This document shows, piece by piece, positions 1 to 13,020 of a stretch of 64,000 bases of DNA. The DNA is taken from positions 143,344,001 to 143,408,000 of the forward strand of contig OX597818.1 in assembly GCA_951406725.2 (NCBI GenBank), in the 5' to 3' direction. Under the pieces are notes generated by a model, which searched no databases, was not told the origin of the DNA, and worked only from the letters and a program-made list of their open reading frames with translations. The stretch comes from Octopus vulgaris (Eukaryota). Each line of letters opens with the position of its first letter. The stretch's first letter is position 1. The position numbers were made by a program, and so were the translations under genes.

Positions 1-553
1 TCTTCCATACGTAATGGCACTCGAGCCACTGTTGCGGAAGCTTGAACAGCTAAGGGACATCTCTTTCTAACTGGGACGAGGAAGGGCAGTACCAGCATAC
101 GTGGACGACGTCACTGCGATGATATTGGACGCCTCCGAAGTGGAGACAGTCGGCATCATCCTAAAGGAATGAGTCGGTTGCAGGGATAAAATCCGCCGAC
201 AAATCGGTTGGTTTGCGGTTGGGCTCCTGCAGAGGCAGGACGATGCCATCGGACGGCGTCGTCGGATACTGGACTGACGGATCAGTTAAAGTGTTCGGGG
301 TCTGGTTTGGCCCCAAACTCCAGGTTGATAAGAACTGGAATGAGGTGGCGAACAGGGTGGCCAGTGTTACCCAGAAATGGGCTGAAAGAAAGCTGTCCCT
401 GAAAGGTCGGGCAGAGGTGGCGAATCCTCACATCGCTTCCCTTATCATGTATCACCTGAACGTCGTACCTTGTCCCGGTTACTGCTTCATCAGGTTGGAG
501 CGTCTCTGATTTAAATTCTTGTGGAAGGGATGGATTCCAATGGTCAGGCAGTC
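1..553 (+). mobile_element. Tx1/L1-clade LINE reverse transcriptase fragment (decayed)
   Basis: Frame from nt 2 reads LPYVMALEPLLRKL...AYVDDVT (YADD box) with stops. ORF 213-509 KVFGVWFG...WAERKLSLKGRAEVAN is typical of L1/Tx1 post-RT sequence. Confidence 0.85.
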
Positions 554-562
554 ACTGTCAGT

Positions 563-633
<71 letters not shown>

Positions 634-1170
634 GAGTGAGAGAGCAGTACATACCAGCAAAGTGACACTGGGGTACAAAATATACGAAACCCACTATACC
701 CATCATGACTACCCGTTTGATGAGGGTACACCAGGCACATGCATCACAACCATATATGCGCAACATGGTGATCTCATATCAAGATAAACAGCGCATGACC
801 TTGCAGGTGGGGCCCAGTTAGAATTTCCTTCAAGTCGAGTGAGTAGCAAAATGCTGTTTAAGAATGTTGAACAAAACACCCATGTTTCCAGAAGAGAATT
901 ATTCAAACCCCAAAGAATTCTTCTCAAAACATGGCTACGATGCCCTCCCCCACTACTTCTCGTGATCAGAGATGCACTTATTGTCAGCCACTAAGGGACA
1001 TGCTCAAATGGTTAAGTTCAAACAACTGACAAGCAAATCTGTGGTATTGAGCAGAATATTTGCTGTAGCCCGTGTTTTATACCGAGACAAAACAATGTAC
1101 ATGATAACACTTCCAATCAGTTAAGATCAGAATCCATGAGAACCAATGCCTGGTATTGCATCAGGTCAGT
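634..1170 (-). mobile_element. Non-coding ~550 bp interspersed element with (AAT)n tail (tail at 564-633)
   Basis: Near-identical reverse-complement copies at 34988-35473 and 35667-36224. The copies end ...ctgctctctcactc(aat)n. Confidence 0.85.
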
Positions 1171-1339
1171 TATTATTTTATGCATGCATGCATCCATCCT
1201 TGCATCCATCCATGCGTCCATCCATCCATTTATCCATGCATGCATGCACGCATCTATCCATCCATCCATCCATCCATACATATATACATACATACTTACA
1301 TACATGCGTGCATGCGTGCATACATACACAAATATACTA

Positions 1340-1960
1340 TTGGGTATAGTTGTTAGAGCATGGAAAGCAGAGTTGGAGGTACCTCATGTGCCAAGAGATT
1401 GACGGACGAGTGGGTCAGGGGATGCCTGAATGGTGGGGATACGAGTCCAGCATGTTTTGAGGGGCAAGAACCACTGTTGTAGCGACAGAAAAAAAAAGAC
1501 AGAGAGAAGAGACTTCACACCTGTGGGCCGAAGGGTGCAGTGTTTGATAGCAATGGAGTACCAACAAGCAGAGTGGCCCTTCTCGTAATGCGATCCAAGA
1601 CGTTATTTTGCGCAGCAGCACCGTCTCAGATTTACACGCAGCGATATATCGAGCGTCTCACTTAAGCCTTGTAGAGTGCCAGCGGCTGTTGGGAGCAAAT
1701 AAATTTTCTGGCCCGAAAGAGAGAAACTAATCTATGGGATGCAGTTCTATACTAAAGATATGCATTCATCGGGAGAGATTCTTAATGATAGTGAAACACA
1801 GCATTTGGAGCAATTTTGGGGATTCTAATCGCGTGTCACCCATGTTTAAAGGTGTTGTGGTACGGGAGTGTTTTCTTGGTGTGAGTGGTGCTTGAATTTT
1901 TTGCTGTTAAATGAAACAAGGTTGGTCTGGCCCCACTGGGAGATACTCACATGGTCTCCG
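1340..1960 (-). mobile_element. Ancient CR1/L2-group LINE ORF2 C-terminal fragment
   Basis: Minus frames give LALYKA*VR...DGAAA and QTLHPSAHRCEVSSLCLFF, matching the LxxRRxVxSLCLFYRYY motif. Confidence 0.6.
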
Positions 1961-2283
1961 TTTTCAAAATCAATGCAAGTTTGGCGTGTGGTGTGTAGGT
2001 TTCGTGCAGATAATCCATGGTTAGGGAGAGTTAGGGAGGAGTGAAGGTTCTTATCATCTGTATAGGAGGGGTGTTGTTGAAAGTGGCGACAATTTTTTCA
2101 ATGAGATCAATTGAAACTCTCGTAATGAATAAAGCAAAATATAAATTGGCTTTTTGAAATTACCTCATCAGACTCTTCTCCTTAGTTATAACCAAAATCG
2201 AGATATATACGTCTTATTTAAAACCAATAACACACGCACTGGTTCAGTTCCACTTCATTATTGTTTGTCAATTGGTTAAATAT

Positions 2284-2660
2284 CTAATCTTTTTCTTCTT
2301 TAGCACTCCGTCGGTTACGGCGATGAGGGTTCCGGTTGATCGTGAAATTAACGTGTAAGTGGCTGAGCACTCCACAGACACGTGTACCCTTAACGTAGTT
2401 CTCGGGGATATTCAGCGTGACACAGAGAGTGACAAGGCCGGCCCCTTGAAATACAGGTACAACAGAAACAGGAAGTAAGAGTGAGAGAAAGTTGTGGTGA
2501 AAGAGTACAGCAGGGATCACCACCACCCCCTGCCGGAGCCTCGTGGAGCTTTTAGGTGTTTTCGCTCAATAAACACTCACAACGCCAGGTCTGGGAATCG
2601 AAACCGCGATCCTATGACCGCGAGTCCGCTGCCCTAACCACTGGGCCATTGCACCTCCAC
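2284..2660 (-). mobile_element. tRNA-derived SINE (gtggaggYgcaatggcccagtgg head)
   Basis: A-box TGGCCCAGTGG and B-box-like GGTTTCGATTCC on the minus strand. Partial second copy at 22310-22547. Confidence 0.85.
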
Positions 2661-3499
2661 ATTCTTCAGATTATAAAGTATGTGTATGTGTAAATGTGCA
2701 TGGGGTGTGTGTGCGCGTGTGTATGTGTGTGTGTGTGTGTGTGTGTGCGTGCATGTGATATATGTCATTCTCTTTTATATACTTTCATTCTGAAATGAAT
2801 TTGGAGAAAACGAACAGTTTACGGTCAATTGTATTGCAATGGCTTTAGCGTTAAAAACTTCACGCTATAATTCATAGATATCCTAGTGCGATGGCAAATT
2901 AATGCTTCACAGAAGGATGATACACCTAAGAAACATATTAAGGCTGCACACGAAGGTGATACGTCAAGGTACAAAACAATGTAAATATTGTATGACATTA
3001 AAATGGTAACTATCAGGCCGAGCGCGAACTAATGTGGTGAGACAAATAAACATTTCGAAGTGAAGGAAAACATGTGAAGAGGAAAAAAAACATAAAAGAT
3101 GGGAAGTAAAAGAGCAGGAGAGAAAAGATCCTGTTTCTAATGAGAATAAGAGCAACAGAACTTGAAAAGGAGTCTATCGGCTAAACGCAACAAGCATGAC
3201 ATCTACTGACACAGGCTTACTTCGGATGCATATACCTATGCAGACGCGCGCGCGCACACATTTTATAAACTTGTAAGAAAGAATTACGAAAGAACTACTC
3301 ACGCCCTAACTACTCGGTGTATTACACACTGCATTTGCTCAGGGATTTTGATACCGATGCTTTTATACGTATATTTTACTGTGAAGGTTCAGTGGGTTTG
3401 TATGTTGTCACTAAAATTATTTTAGTCAGCAATAACAATGCTAACCCTGTTACTGTTTTCTAAACTAATTCTATATCAATACAATTCGATAGGAATGTC

Positions 3500-3890
3500 C
3501 CATGATGTTGTGGGTTGCATCATAAGTGACATTTTTGAGTGTCAGAGAGTTTTGGCTCTTTCAGCATTAAACCCCTCCGCCCGGTTAACTCAGCTGGGGT
3601 TGATCAAGTCACAACTGACGTCCCAGTCTTCCCTCTTCATCCAAAGTCATCCAATGGCCTTCTGTACAGCTTCACTAATGGAATTTATGGTCTTCCTCTT
3701 TGCTGCACAAATAACTTCAAACCTAAACAGCTTTGCACAATGCTCGCCCCGTAAAAGCTCATTTCAATTTCCTCCAAGAAGTGCCCTGCTTGCCATAGTT
3801 CCTGCACTGCTCTCCTCCTGCTTCTGGTATATGGAGAGCGTCTTATAATAAACCTCCTGTTCTCTTCTTTCCAGGACAGTTAGTTCCTAT
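3500..3890 (-). mobile_element. HERO-like RLE non-LTR retrotransposon 3' end
   Basis: Minus strand reads ELTV...KRKTINSISEAVQKAIG*LWMKREDW, followed by a 3' UTR resembling HERO elements. Confidence 0.6.
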
Positions 3891-4473
3891 ATGATTGCCT
3901 ATTTAGTGGAGTTTTTGATCTCAATGTATCAGCAGATGAATATATAAGAAGCGCATTCGCAACTGCTTGAAAAAATTAAAAAGAACAAAAACGAACGAAC
4001 AAAATAGACAGCACAGATCCTTATGGCTATTTGCTGGAGTTTGAGATTTAAGTGATTGAATTAGTGATAGTTTTTTAGATTAAAGTAAAAATCTGTCAGC
4101 TAGGTTATTGTGACCTTTGATTGTAACGTCATGTTTGTTTTGTTGGATAGACTTGTCAGCATTGGAAACTCATCAACCATACTGCTGAGTGGGTTGCTCA
4201 GCTAGTTGGTTGTTTATCTTCAGGTCAGCTCCGGTCAAGTTGACCTATGATCGAAACCATTCGAGCCATGACCATATTTATTTATTTATTTATTTATCAA
4301 ACCAGTAAGGGAATGCTCTGGAACCTATGCATCACAAAATTAACCCCCAGTCATAAGATTATAGTTTTGGGTTTTAGAATAAAATGAAGCATCAGTAACC
4401 TATTTTGTATACATATTTACACACACATGAGAGCGCCAATGCCATATATTTGACAGTTCTATGATGTCTTACG

Positions 4474-4513
<40 letters not shown>

Positions 4514-4550
4514 CCCACGCGCGTGTGTGTATGCATGCATACATACATAC

Positions 4551-4649
<99 letters not shown>

Positions 4650-4650
4650 T

Positions 4651-5070
4651 ATAACTTAGAATAACTTAGAAAGGTTTTTGGCCAGTATTGGCCCAGGCCA
4701 TGTCTAACTTAATAGCACCACCTGGCAAAGTCTTTCAGTTCAGGATTTGGGCACCAAGGCCCATTCGAGCAGAGAGTTATTGTTTGCGGAGACATATCCG
4801 GGTGTGGGTGGTTTGTCCGGTACTGTTTGAAGGAATTTGTCCAAAGACTTCTTGAATTTTGTGTGGTCAGTTTCTTTTTTGACGTGTCCTGGTGTAATGT
4901 TGAAGAGAGCGGGTCCAATTGAGGTGAAATAGTTGTGCCGTATTGTCGTTATGTGATGCGATTTAGATTTTTGTTGTGGACGGATGGCACGTGGTCCAAG
5001 CCTTGGATGCATTTTGAAGGTGATGCCAACATCATTCGGACAGTGCTGATGGAATATTTTCCACATCATA
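4651..5070 (-). mobile_element. CR1/L2-group LINE 3' end
   Basis: ORF 4740-5069 GPALFN...FKKSLDKFLQTVPDKP..PGY...NSL. Tandem tail (TCTAAGTTAT)2 at 4651-4670. Confidence 0.8.
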
Positions 5071-5094
5071 CAGATAATGTAGCGTATTATATAT

Positions 5095-5197
5095 TTAGTG
5101 TGTGTGACACCTTGGGCAAATGTCTTCTACTCTAGCCTCGGGTTGTCCTAAGCCTTGTGAGTAGATTTCGTAGACAGGAACTGACAATAAGCCCGTC

Positions 5198-5249
<52 letters not shown>

Positions 5250-5397
5250 GTGGCTGTGTGGTTGCTTTCCAACCACATGGTTCCGGGCCCACTCCCACTG
5301 CGTGGCATCTTAGGCGAGTGTCTTCTACTATAGCCTCGGGCTGACCAAAGCCTTGTGAGAGGATTTGGTAGACGGAAACTGAAAGAAGCCCGTCGTA
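5095..5397 (+). mobile_element. Two partial tRNA-SINE copies (ggctgtgtgg head family) separated by (TA)n
   Basis: Shared ccttgggcaa..gtcttctac..tagcctcggg...gcccgtcg body, also seen at 14265, 25785, 39437 and 53975. Confidence 0.8.
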
Positions 5398-5722
5398 TAT
5401 ATATATATATGTATATATGTGTATGTATATATATATATATAGATATACATATATATATACACTCAATATATATATGTATATATGTATATATATATATATA
5501 TATATTGTCAATTCGAGGATGTTAGATCCACATTAGGGATTATATAATCCGAAGCATCTCACTAGTTAATCATTATCATATAAGGAGAAAGTCTCTGCGA
5601 TGTGTTAGGGATCATTATAGTAATACATATTATTAATATTGGAAGAAAGAAAATGAAGAAAGTTGGATGTATGAATAATTTATTTGCATGATATAAAGAT
5701 GTTGAAATTCTTTAAAAATAAC

Positions 5723-5804
5723 AACATATATATTTCACTTCTAGCCCTAAGAACTGAAGAAAAGTATCATTTTTAACTATATGGAGCAGAACTTCTTCAG
5801 GGTT
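5723..5804 (-). ncRNA. Degenerate type I hammerhead-like motif
   Basis: aacc-CTGAAGA-(long stem II)-GAAA-tata-TA-tgtt. Stem III is palindromic ATATAT; stem I has one mismatch. Confidence 0.4.
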
Positions 5805-5832
5805 ACTTTGAGCTAACAGAACAAAGGTTAAC

Positions 5833-5886
5833 ATATTTCTTGAAAGGATGCATACAAAATTTTGTATGCATCCTTTCAAGAAATAT
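5833..5886. repeat. Perfect 54-bp spacerless palindrome
   Basis: atatttcttgaaaggatgcatacaaaa|ttttgtatgcatcctttcaagaaatat. Both strands encode KGCIQNFVCILSRN in the ORF track. Confidence 0.97.
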
Positions 5887-6009
5887 ATTCTATAAGCAAA
5901 GGAATCCGAGATTATACACTGGTTGGTCTCTCCCCTCTCTCTTTCTCCGTCTCTCCCCCTCTCTCTCTCATACACACACATACGCACATACCTACATACA
6001 TATATTTAT

Positions 6010-6415
6010 ATGGCAGAAACGTTAGCACGTCGGACGAATTGCGTAGCCGTATTTCCTCTGCCGTTACGTTCTGAGTTCAAATTCCGCCGAGGTCGACTTT
6101 TCCTTTCATCCTTTCGGGGTCGATTAATTAAGTACCAGTTACGCACTGGGGTCGATGTAATCGACTTAATACCTATGTCTGTCCTTGTTTGTCCTCTCTG
6201 TGTTTAGCCCCTTGTGAGTAATAAAGAAATAGGTATTTCGTCTGTCGTTACATTCTGAGTTCGAATTCCGCCGAGGTCGACTTTGCCTTTCATCCTTTCG
6301 GGGTCGATAAATAAAGTACCAGTTTCGCACTGGGGGCGATATAATCGACTCAATCCCTTCGTCTGTCCTTGTTTGTCCCCTCTATGTTTAGCCCCTTGTG
6401 AGCAGTAAAGAAATA
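6010..6415 (+). mobile_element. Meta-domain (MetaSINE/MESC-like) SINE, head-to-tail dimer
   Basis: B-box gagttcaaattcc and core gtcgacttt.cctttcatcctttcggggtcgat..aagtacc occur twice. Confidence 0.8.
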
Positions 6416-6612
6416 TATACACACACACATGTATGTGTGTCTGTGTGTGTATTTGTGTGTGTGTGCTCAGTTGCAGGATTCGTCAGAATTTCGGTATCTC
6501 AACACGTAGGATGCCAGGAAAGGCCGAGTATTGGACTTTATTTCCTTCTTTACCCGTTTGTTTAAAATCACCTGAAGATAGCAGATTTTTGCCATTATGT
6601 AATCTAGGAATG

Positions 6613-7021
6613 GGATCTTTTCGGTTTGAACGGCAGTTTTTCTAGCGGTGTCATATGAAATTGTCACCCATAATTATGACCCTAGAATCGATCTATTGCA
6701 TTTCAATCTGTTTTGGAGTTAGGGTTAGGAGTGGGGGGAAGGATATTTTTTTTTCTTGTAAATAAACCCAATTTGTTTCTTAAACGAGGGACATATTCAT
6801 ACGACACAGAATGTTTTCACCTCAATAGACGTCAGTGATTGGTTGAAATTGCAGATATTGAAGAAAAAAAACAACAAATATCTTACAAACTATAGAATTT
6901 TCTCAATAAAGCCAAGAGAAAAAGATGTTTTATAAACACATTCTACCAGTATACGAAGTTTAAAAGTGTTTAGATACGGGGAAATTATTTTAAAAAACTG
7001 CCGTTCAAACCGAAAAGATCC
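6613..7021. mobile_element. MITE with 29-bp TIRs (Merlin-like)
   Basis: TIR ggatcttttcggtttgaacggcagttttt with its reverse complement at 6993-7021. Imperfect 8-bp TSD taggaatg/aaggaacg; GG termini. Confidence 0.75.
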
Positions 7022-7491
7022 AAGGAACGTATCAATAAAATGCCAACAAAGCAACTGTCGCAAATTATGAAACCCTTTTGTGTTCTTATATATTCTTCGG
7101 TTGTAAAGTTACTCAAGGAGCGCAAGTTCCTTGCATGGTATTTACGAGAGTTTCAAACTACACACACGCGTGCGCAAACTGACACGTGTGGGTATGTATA
7201 TTTCTATAGCTCAAACGCGAGAGGGAGAAAGAAAAAGACATTGAAAGAAAGACGCAAAGAACGATAAAAGAAAAAAGAAAAGAAAAGAAAGCGAAAGAGA
7301 ATTATATAAATATATAATAAATAAATACATACAAAAGCAAAAAAAAAAATTGTAAGAAATGAACAAGAAACAAAAATAGAAAGGAAGGAAGTAGAGAACG
7401 CAATTGAAGATTAAAAAACAAATGAGTCAAAACAAAAAGATAAATTCCGAGAAAAAAGAAGGAAAAAGAAAAGAAAGGTTAAACCACTTAC

Positions 7492-9131
7492 AGTTTGATG
7501 TGAAGTGATATTCCAACAATTGTAAATCTATTCTTTTGATACCCAGTTGAATCACAACAGCACACGGGTGCACTGCTTACAATCGTTCTGGGGTGTTTTA
7601 TGATTTTTCTATTTCTCTCAATGTTTATTGTTTCTCTTTCATCAAATATTTGTTAATTATTTTCGTTTTATTTCGTCAATCAGAAATTGATTATCAGAGT
7701 AGATAATTTACAAAAAAGTGTTATTTCTTTTCGTTGATGTTTTATTTTTAAGGAAATAATTTTCGTTTCACTTTTCTTTTTTTCTTTTGCAGTAAATGGA
7801 AAAGTTGTCTACTTTTGTTTTCATGGAAAAGTTTATCTAATGCCGACTAAATACCGATATTATGTTCGTACTTCTAGACACAATGTTTTTTTCTCTTTGG
7901 AGCTGCTGATATATATTGAAAATTGGTTGGTATGTATGTATGTATGTATGTATGTATGTATGTATGTATGTATGTATGTATGTATGTATATATATATATA
8001 TATATAAGTTGGAGTCAGTCAGCTATTTATTCACACACTAAAGAAACCCAAACACCTATCTGGAAGTGCGTATAATACTAATTACTATTGGATAGCACAG
8101 GGTGAAATCTGAAGGTGGACGAGTTTTACACTACGTTTTTAACAAAATACTACAGAACCATATATATATATATATATATCGAATATATATATGGACGTGT
8201 ATATATATATATGTATGTGTACGTATGTATATGTGTATGTATGCGTGTGTATTTGTGTGTATGCGCGCGCCTAGGTAATTGATTATAGGTTTGTCAAGGT
8301 TCGACAGAGTGACGGGAACTTTGGTGATGGCTGTTATGGACTCAACAGGAATAAATTAATTTTCTGTTAACGAACAAAACGATGAGAAATTTTGTATAAT
8401 AACAGCAGGTACTTTTGATACTGGATGTAAAAAAAGATTTTTTTGCTTTCGTTGTTTTTATAAAATACTATTAATTTACAGTCAGTAAGTAACCAGTAAA
8501 TCTGTCATGAAGAATTTTGCCTGAAATCCCTGTATATATGTATATATATGTAGATGTATATGTGATTGTGTATGTGTATGTGATTTGGTCAGTTTTGTTC
8601 CTGTTGATATTTTACAAACTTTTTTCCAAGTTTATTTACTTTCTTCCTTTCTTTCTTTCGCTCTTTCTTTCCTTCTTTCTATTTCCTTCCTTTCCTTCTT
8701 GTATCCCAATTCAGTTTTATATCAGCCTTAGAAGTATTTCTTCTTTCCCACCGTCTCCAGAATATTTTCTTTTCCACCCGACCGGCGAGGCTTCCTCAGA
8801 TACAAATTTCAGAGTGATGCGTTGATGCTGGCCTAAGTACCTAGCGCAGCTGCTGAGTACGCTGCTGCTGCTGCTGCTGCTGCTGTTGATCTCTTTTTGC
8901 TGCTGCTACTACAGATACTGACATTGGTTTTCTTATTAGTACTTTCATTTTCGGCAATATTATTTTTATTATTACTTTTCTTCTTGTTGTTGTTGTTGCT
9001 AATGTTGCTTGGTTACATAGTTGTTGTTGATGTTGATGTTCTTTCTATCACTTGTGTTATTGATGCTATAGTTAAGGTGGGGCTATTGCTGCTGCTGCTG
9101 CTGTTGTTGCTTCTATCGGCTCTGACCAACT
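7492..9131 (-). other. Possible long non-coding first exon / 5' UTR of a minus-strand gene
   Basis: Strong donor GTAAGT at 7491-7486, Inr-like TTAGTT near 9131, and unique sequence with (CAG)n. No ATG-initiated ORF reaches the donor. Confidence 0.25.
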
Positions 9132-9298
9132 AACACTCCTTCAATTAATTACTACATACATACGCGCGCACACGCACACGCACACACATTCACACGTACG
9201 TTTGTATGTATGTATGTATGTATGTGTATGTATCTATGCTTGTATGTATGTATGTATGCTTGTATGTATGTATGTATGCTTGTATGTATGTATGTATG

Positions 9299-9335
<37 letters not shown>

Positions 9336-9476
9336 ATATGTATGTATGTATGTGTGTATGTATGTATGTATGTATGCTTGTATGTATGTATGTATGTATG
9401 TATAGATTGATAGATAGATACGCCGAAGCAACGTAAAAAACAAACCTGAAAAATATACATATATACATAGGCACAG

Positions 9477-9830
9477 GGTGGCTGTGTGGTAAAAAGCTTG
9501 CTTCCCAACCACATGGTTTCGGGTTCAATCCCACTACATAGCACCTTAGGCAACTGTCGTTTGAAACCTCGGGCTAACCAAAGCCCTGTGAGTGGATTTA
9601 ATCTAAAAGTAAAACTAAACTAAAAGAAGCCCGTCGTATATATATATCTGTGTATATATATCTATTTGTATTTGTGTCTGTCCCTCGCCATTGCGGTTCG
9701 GCAAAAAAATCCCGATAGAATAAATACCAGGCTTAAAAACAATAGGTAAAGGGGTCGATTTATTCGACTAAAATTCTTGAAGGTGGTGCTCCAGCATGGC
9801 CACAGTTTAGTCACTGAAACAACTAAACGA
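9477..9830 (+). mobile_element. tRNA-SINE (ggctgtgtgg family) with internal (TA)n
   Basis: Same bipartite structure as 14265-14700. Confidence 0.75.
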
Positions 9831-11799
9831 AAAAATATATATTGAAATAAAAATAAATAAATAAATAAATAAATAAACACTCCGATCCTCCCACCATTTC
9901 TATCTGGCATTCCGAAGATACACACCTCTGTTTGTACCATCTTCACTTGCTGATTGGCTGAAATACGACCAATAGAATTAATATACTAGATCTTTGTATG
10001 TAAATGAATAGGTTGTATGTAGTCCTTTTTTAAATTTCATATTATTGTTTTTATTTTATCCTTCTTGGTGGGGATGATAAACTACCAGGGAAAAGTTTCG
10101 GGGATGAAGAAATTGTATCTCAAGTTCAATCCCTGTGTGGAGCTCTTGCACTTCCGCTGTAGAACTTTTTACCTTAGGATCAAAAATAAAGAAAGAAACA
10201 AGCAAAAACGGAAAAAAAACTTTATATTACATCTCCGAATGTAGTAGACTCTGTCACAAGTTCAATATCTTGGTTGATACTTTTAGTTTACTCGTTCTAA
10301 GTACTCGCAATTTTCATCAGTAAAAACAGATGACTTACTTTTGAGTCACCTGGTTCTCATCGAATTCCTCAACACTTTGGGAATACTTTCGTGTGTCATT
10401 CGAAGTGTCTTTGTGAGTGAAATTTGGCTGGCGGAAACTGTGCAGAAACCCGCCAAAAGGATTGTCACAGTTTCTTTCTGGTAGATGGTCGTGTGACGTT
10501 GGTAGAGTTGTTAGAATGTTGAACGAAATGCCTTGAGCATTTGTTCTGGCTAAGAGTTTAAATCTCGCCAAGTTCGTCTTTGCCTTTCATTCTTTCGAGA
10601 TCGATAAAATATAGTAACTAATCCATTATCTTGAACTGGCAGAATTGTTACGGCTTGCTCTTTTGTTCTGAGTTATTCGATAGTAGACTTAATATTATCA
10701 GCTGGTCACTGGCTGACTTTAGCAGAGTTCACACTGTTGCGAACGCTTGGAGAGGTTCACGTCTAAGGATAACGTTCTTCATTCCTTCCACTTGTCACAG
10801 ATGTCGTGGAAAAGGTCAAGAGCAATGCTCTTTCTTCCCTGATTGAAACATGAATATGTATCTTGTTTTAAAGTAAAAACAAGTTCAGATTGAATAATTT
10901 ATTTTCATCAACGCTGTTTATGCCACAGAAAAAGTGATAAACGTCACAAACTTGTAGCCTCATAAAAAAGAAACCAATTTTATTGTAGCGAGTATCCCGG
11001 GATCGAGTTTAATTGCCATCAAGCCTTGACTTGGTTGTAATTTCGATTCCAGATAGGAACCAAATCAATTTATGTAACGCGTTAATAGTTTTGCGAAATG
11101 AAAACAAAGATTACATCTTCCTACATTATATACTTAGAGTTTAGCTGAAATATTAAATCAAGAAATACTGCTGCTACTACTGTTGCTGCTGCTGCTGCTG
11201 CTGCTAATGCTGCTACTGCTGCTGATGATAAAGATGATATTCGTCCTCAAAAATTTTGGGATCAAAATCCCATCAGGATTTGACTTTGCTTTTCATCTAC
11301 CAGGGCTCCGTAAAAACAAGTGGCAGTAATATAAGTCAGTCCCCTACAGATCTGTGATTATGGTCCAACGTTATAAAACAGCGAATGAAATTTTCAAAAT
11401 AAGACAAGTTCTACCAGCATAGCGAGAGGCACGACCAGAGGTTTTATGGAGGGCCTCTCCTTCTTTGATAAAATCAACTACGCGTCTAGTAAAAATTGAC
11501 ATTTTGTCAAGTCTCAACAAATCCTGTTACTTCTCTTTCGAAATGGTGTATTAGGTACTAGACTAAATGTAGTGGAGGATTTAGTTTCATTCCTTCAACT
11601 TTCCGAGCTTAAATCCCTTCCGGATTCATAAAAAAATATCAGTCATGTACTGGTTTTCAAAAAATGAGTGCTTTCGTCCCATTATGAAATGTCTATAGAG
11701 CAATTTGGACTCAGTGTTCTAAGTTTCGTGGGGGCAGCAATATAGAAACACTCGTTAATTATACATTCCTCCTAATAATAATGCAGCCGTGAACGGTGA

Positions 11800-11970
11800 G
11801 CTATGTTTATGTGTTGCGTTTATCAGCTGTACTTACTATGAGCTACATCTGTTAGTTGTGTTTATGAGCTGCGTTTATGAGCTGTGCTTATGAGCTTTGT
11901 TTACGAGTTATGTCCCTGATATATGCTTAGGAAATAAGTTTATGAACTGTGTTTATGAGCTGTATTTACT
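11800..11970. repeat. Imperfect ~13-bp minisatellite (tttatgagctgtg)
   Basis: Repeated tttatgagctg(c/t)g units are visible directly. Confidence 0.8.
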
Positions 11971-12218
11971 GCTGGCATTTATTTATGAGAAGAAAAATTA
12001 GACCTCAGTATAGTTCTGGTTAAAGGATACGAAACACTGACCCTTCTACAACTATTTTCAAGTTAGGTTTGATGTTAGGCTCATATAGCACAAATCATGT
12101 GGCAGTTTAGACCTAAATTGCATTTACTTCAGTGAATTTGTTTGTCTTTTATATTCTCTTTCCCCCTCCCTGTCGCTAATTGTGTTCTTTTTTCCTTTTT
12201 ACTAACTTTTGAGTTACG

Positions 12219-12274
12219 AAGTTTTATCTCTTCTAGTTTCAGATTCCCTGGCTGAATATTTTCATCAGAAACTT
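12219..12274 (-). ncRNA. Degenerate hammerhead-like motif
   Basis: aagttt-CTGATGA-...gaatct-GAAA-ctagaagaga-TA-aaactt. Perfect 6-bp stem I, but poor stems II and III. Confidence 0.3.
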
Positions 12275-12689
12275 AAGTTTCATATAAAGATATCTGAAGG
12301 AACATAAGTATTGAATAACGTTATTTGAAGATACTCAACAATATTTATTGGTAGAATGACCTTCCCAAATTACGGCAATATCTATTTCCTTGATTGGATA
12401 TCTTCGTCAAAAACATTATTTTTATATAACGATATTATGGCGTTCCCAGACACTATAGACTGTTGGGATTGGCTGATTTGTTGAAGTTGTCGTTATAGTA
12501 ATTATTGTTGTTAAGCTGGTTCCGTTTGAAAGACTTATCATAAGAAAACATGGCAATGTTGTCTTTTTTCACGCCTAGTGTACTCCAAATACGCAATTAA
12601 GCAACATTCGTACCAGACACACACACACAGTAATCTATGTAGGTTAGTGTATGTGTATATGTGTACACACACACACACACACACACACA

Positions 12690-12897
12690 CATGACTTTCG
12701 GAAACATTTTTTCACGCTCAGAGTTGCTGAAGCATGGAATAAACTGCTGCGTCAGTTGTTGACTGCCATGACACTGCATCTTTTAAGGCCCTCATGCTTT
12801 CGGAAATCCGCCGAAACTACACCTGATTATATATACACTTTAGATGAGTTGTAGTGCACCTGAGCACTGTACACAATTATTATTATTATTATTATTA
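12690..12897 (+). mobile_element. CR1 LINE 3' end with (ATT)n tail
   Basis: HDFRKHFFTLRVAEAWNKL motif. Confidence 0.8.
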
Positions 12898-13020
12898 TAT
12901 GTATAGTTAATCCCTGTCCCCCCAGAATGGAGAACAAACACAAGAAAAAAAAACCAATAACGCGAGGACGTGGTACATGCAAAATATTAGCAGATGCTCA
13001 GGGAAGGGGGAAAAAATGTA

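Noticed and set aside
2100-2176. Hammerhead-like CTGATGA with gtaat/attac stem (minus); similar weak cases near 14935-15017, 40390-40443 and 53770-53815
   Set aside because: GAAA and/or stems I and III are not recoverable, so they cannot be distinguished from chance.
11800-11970. CRISPR-like array
   Set aside because: Contiguous ~13-bp units without spacers, in a eukaryotic context with no cas genes.
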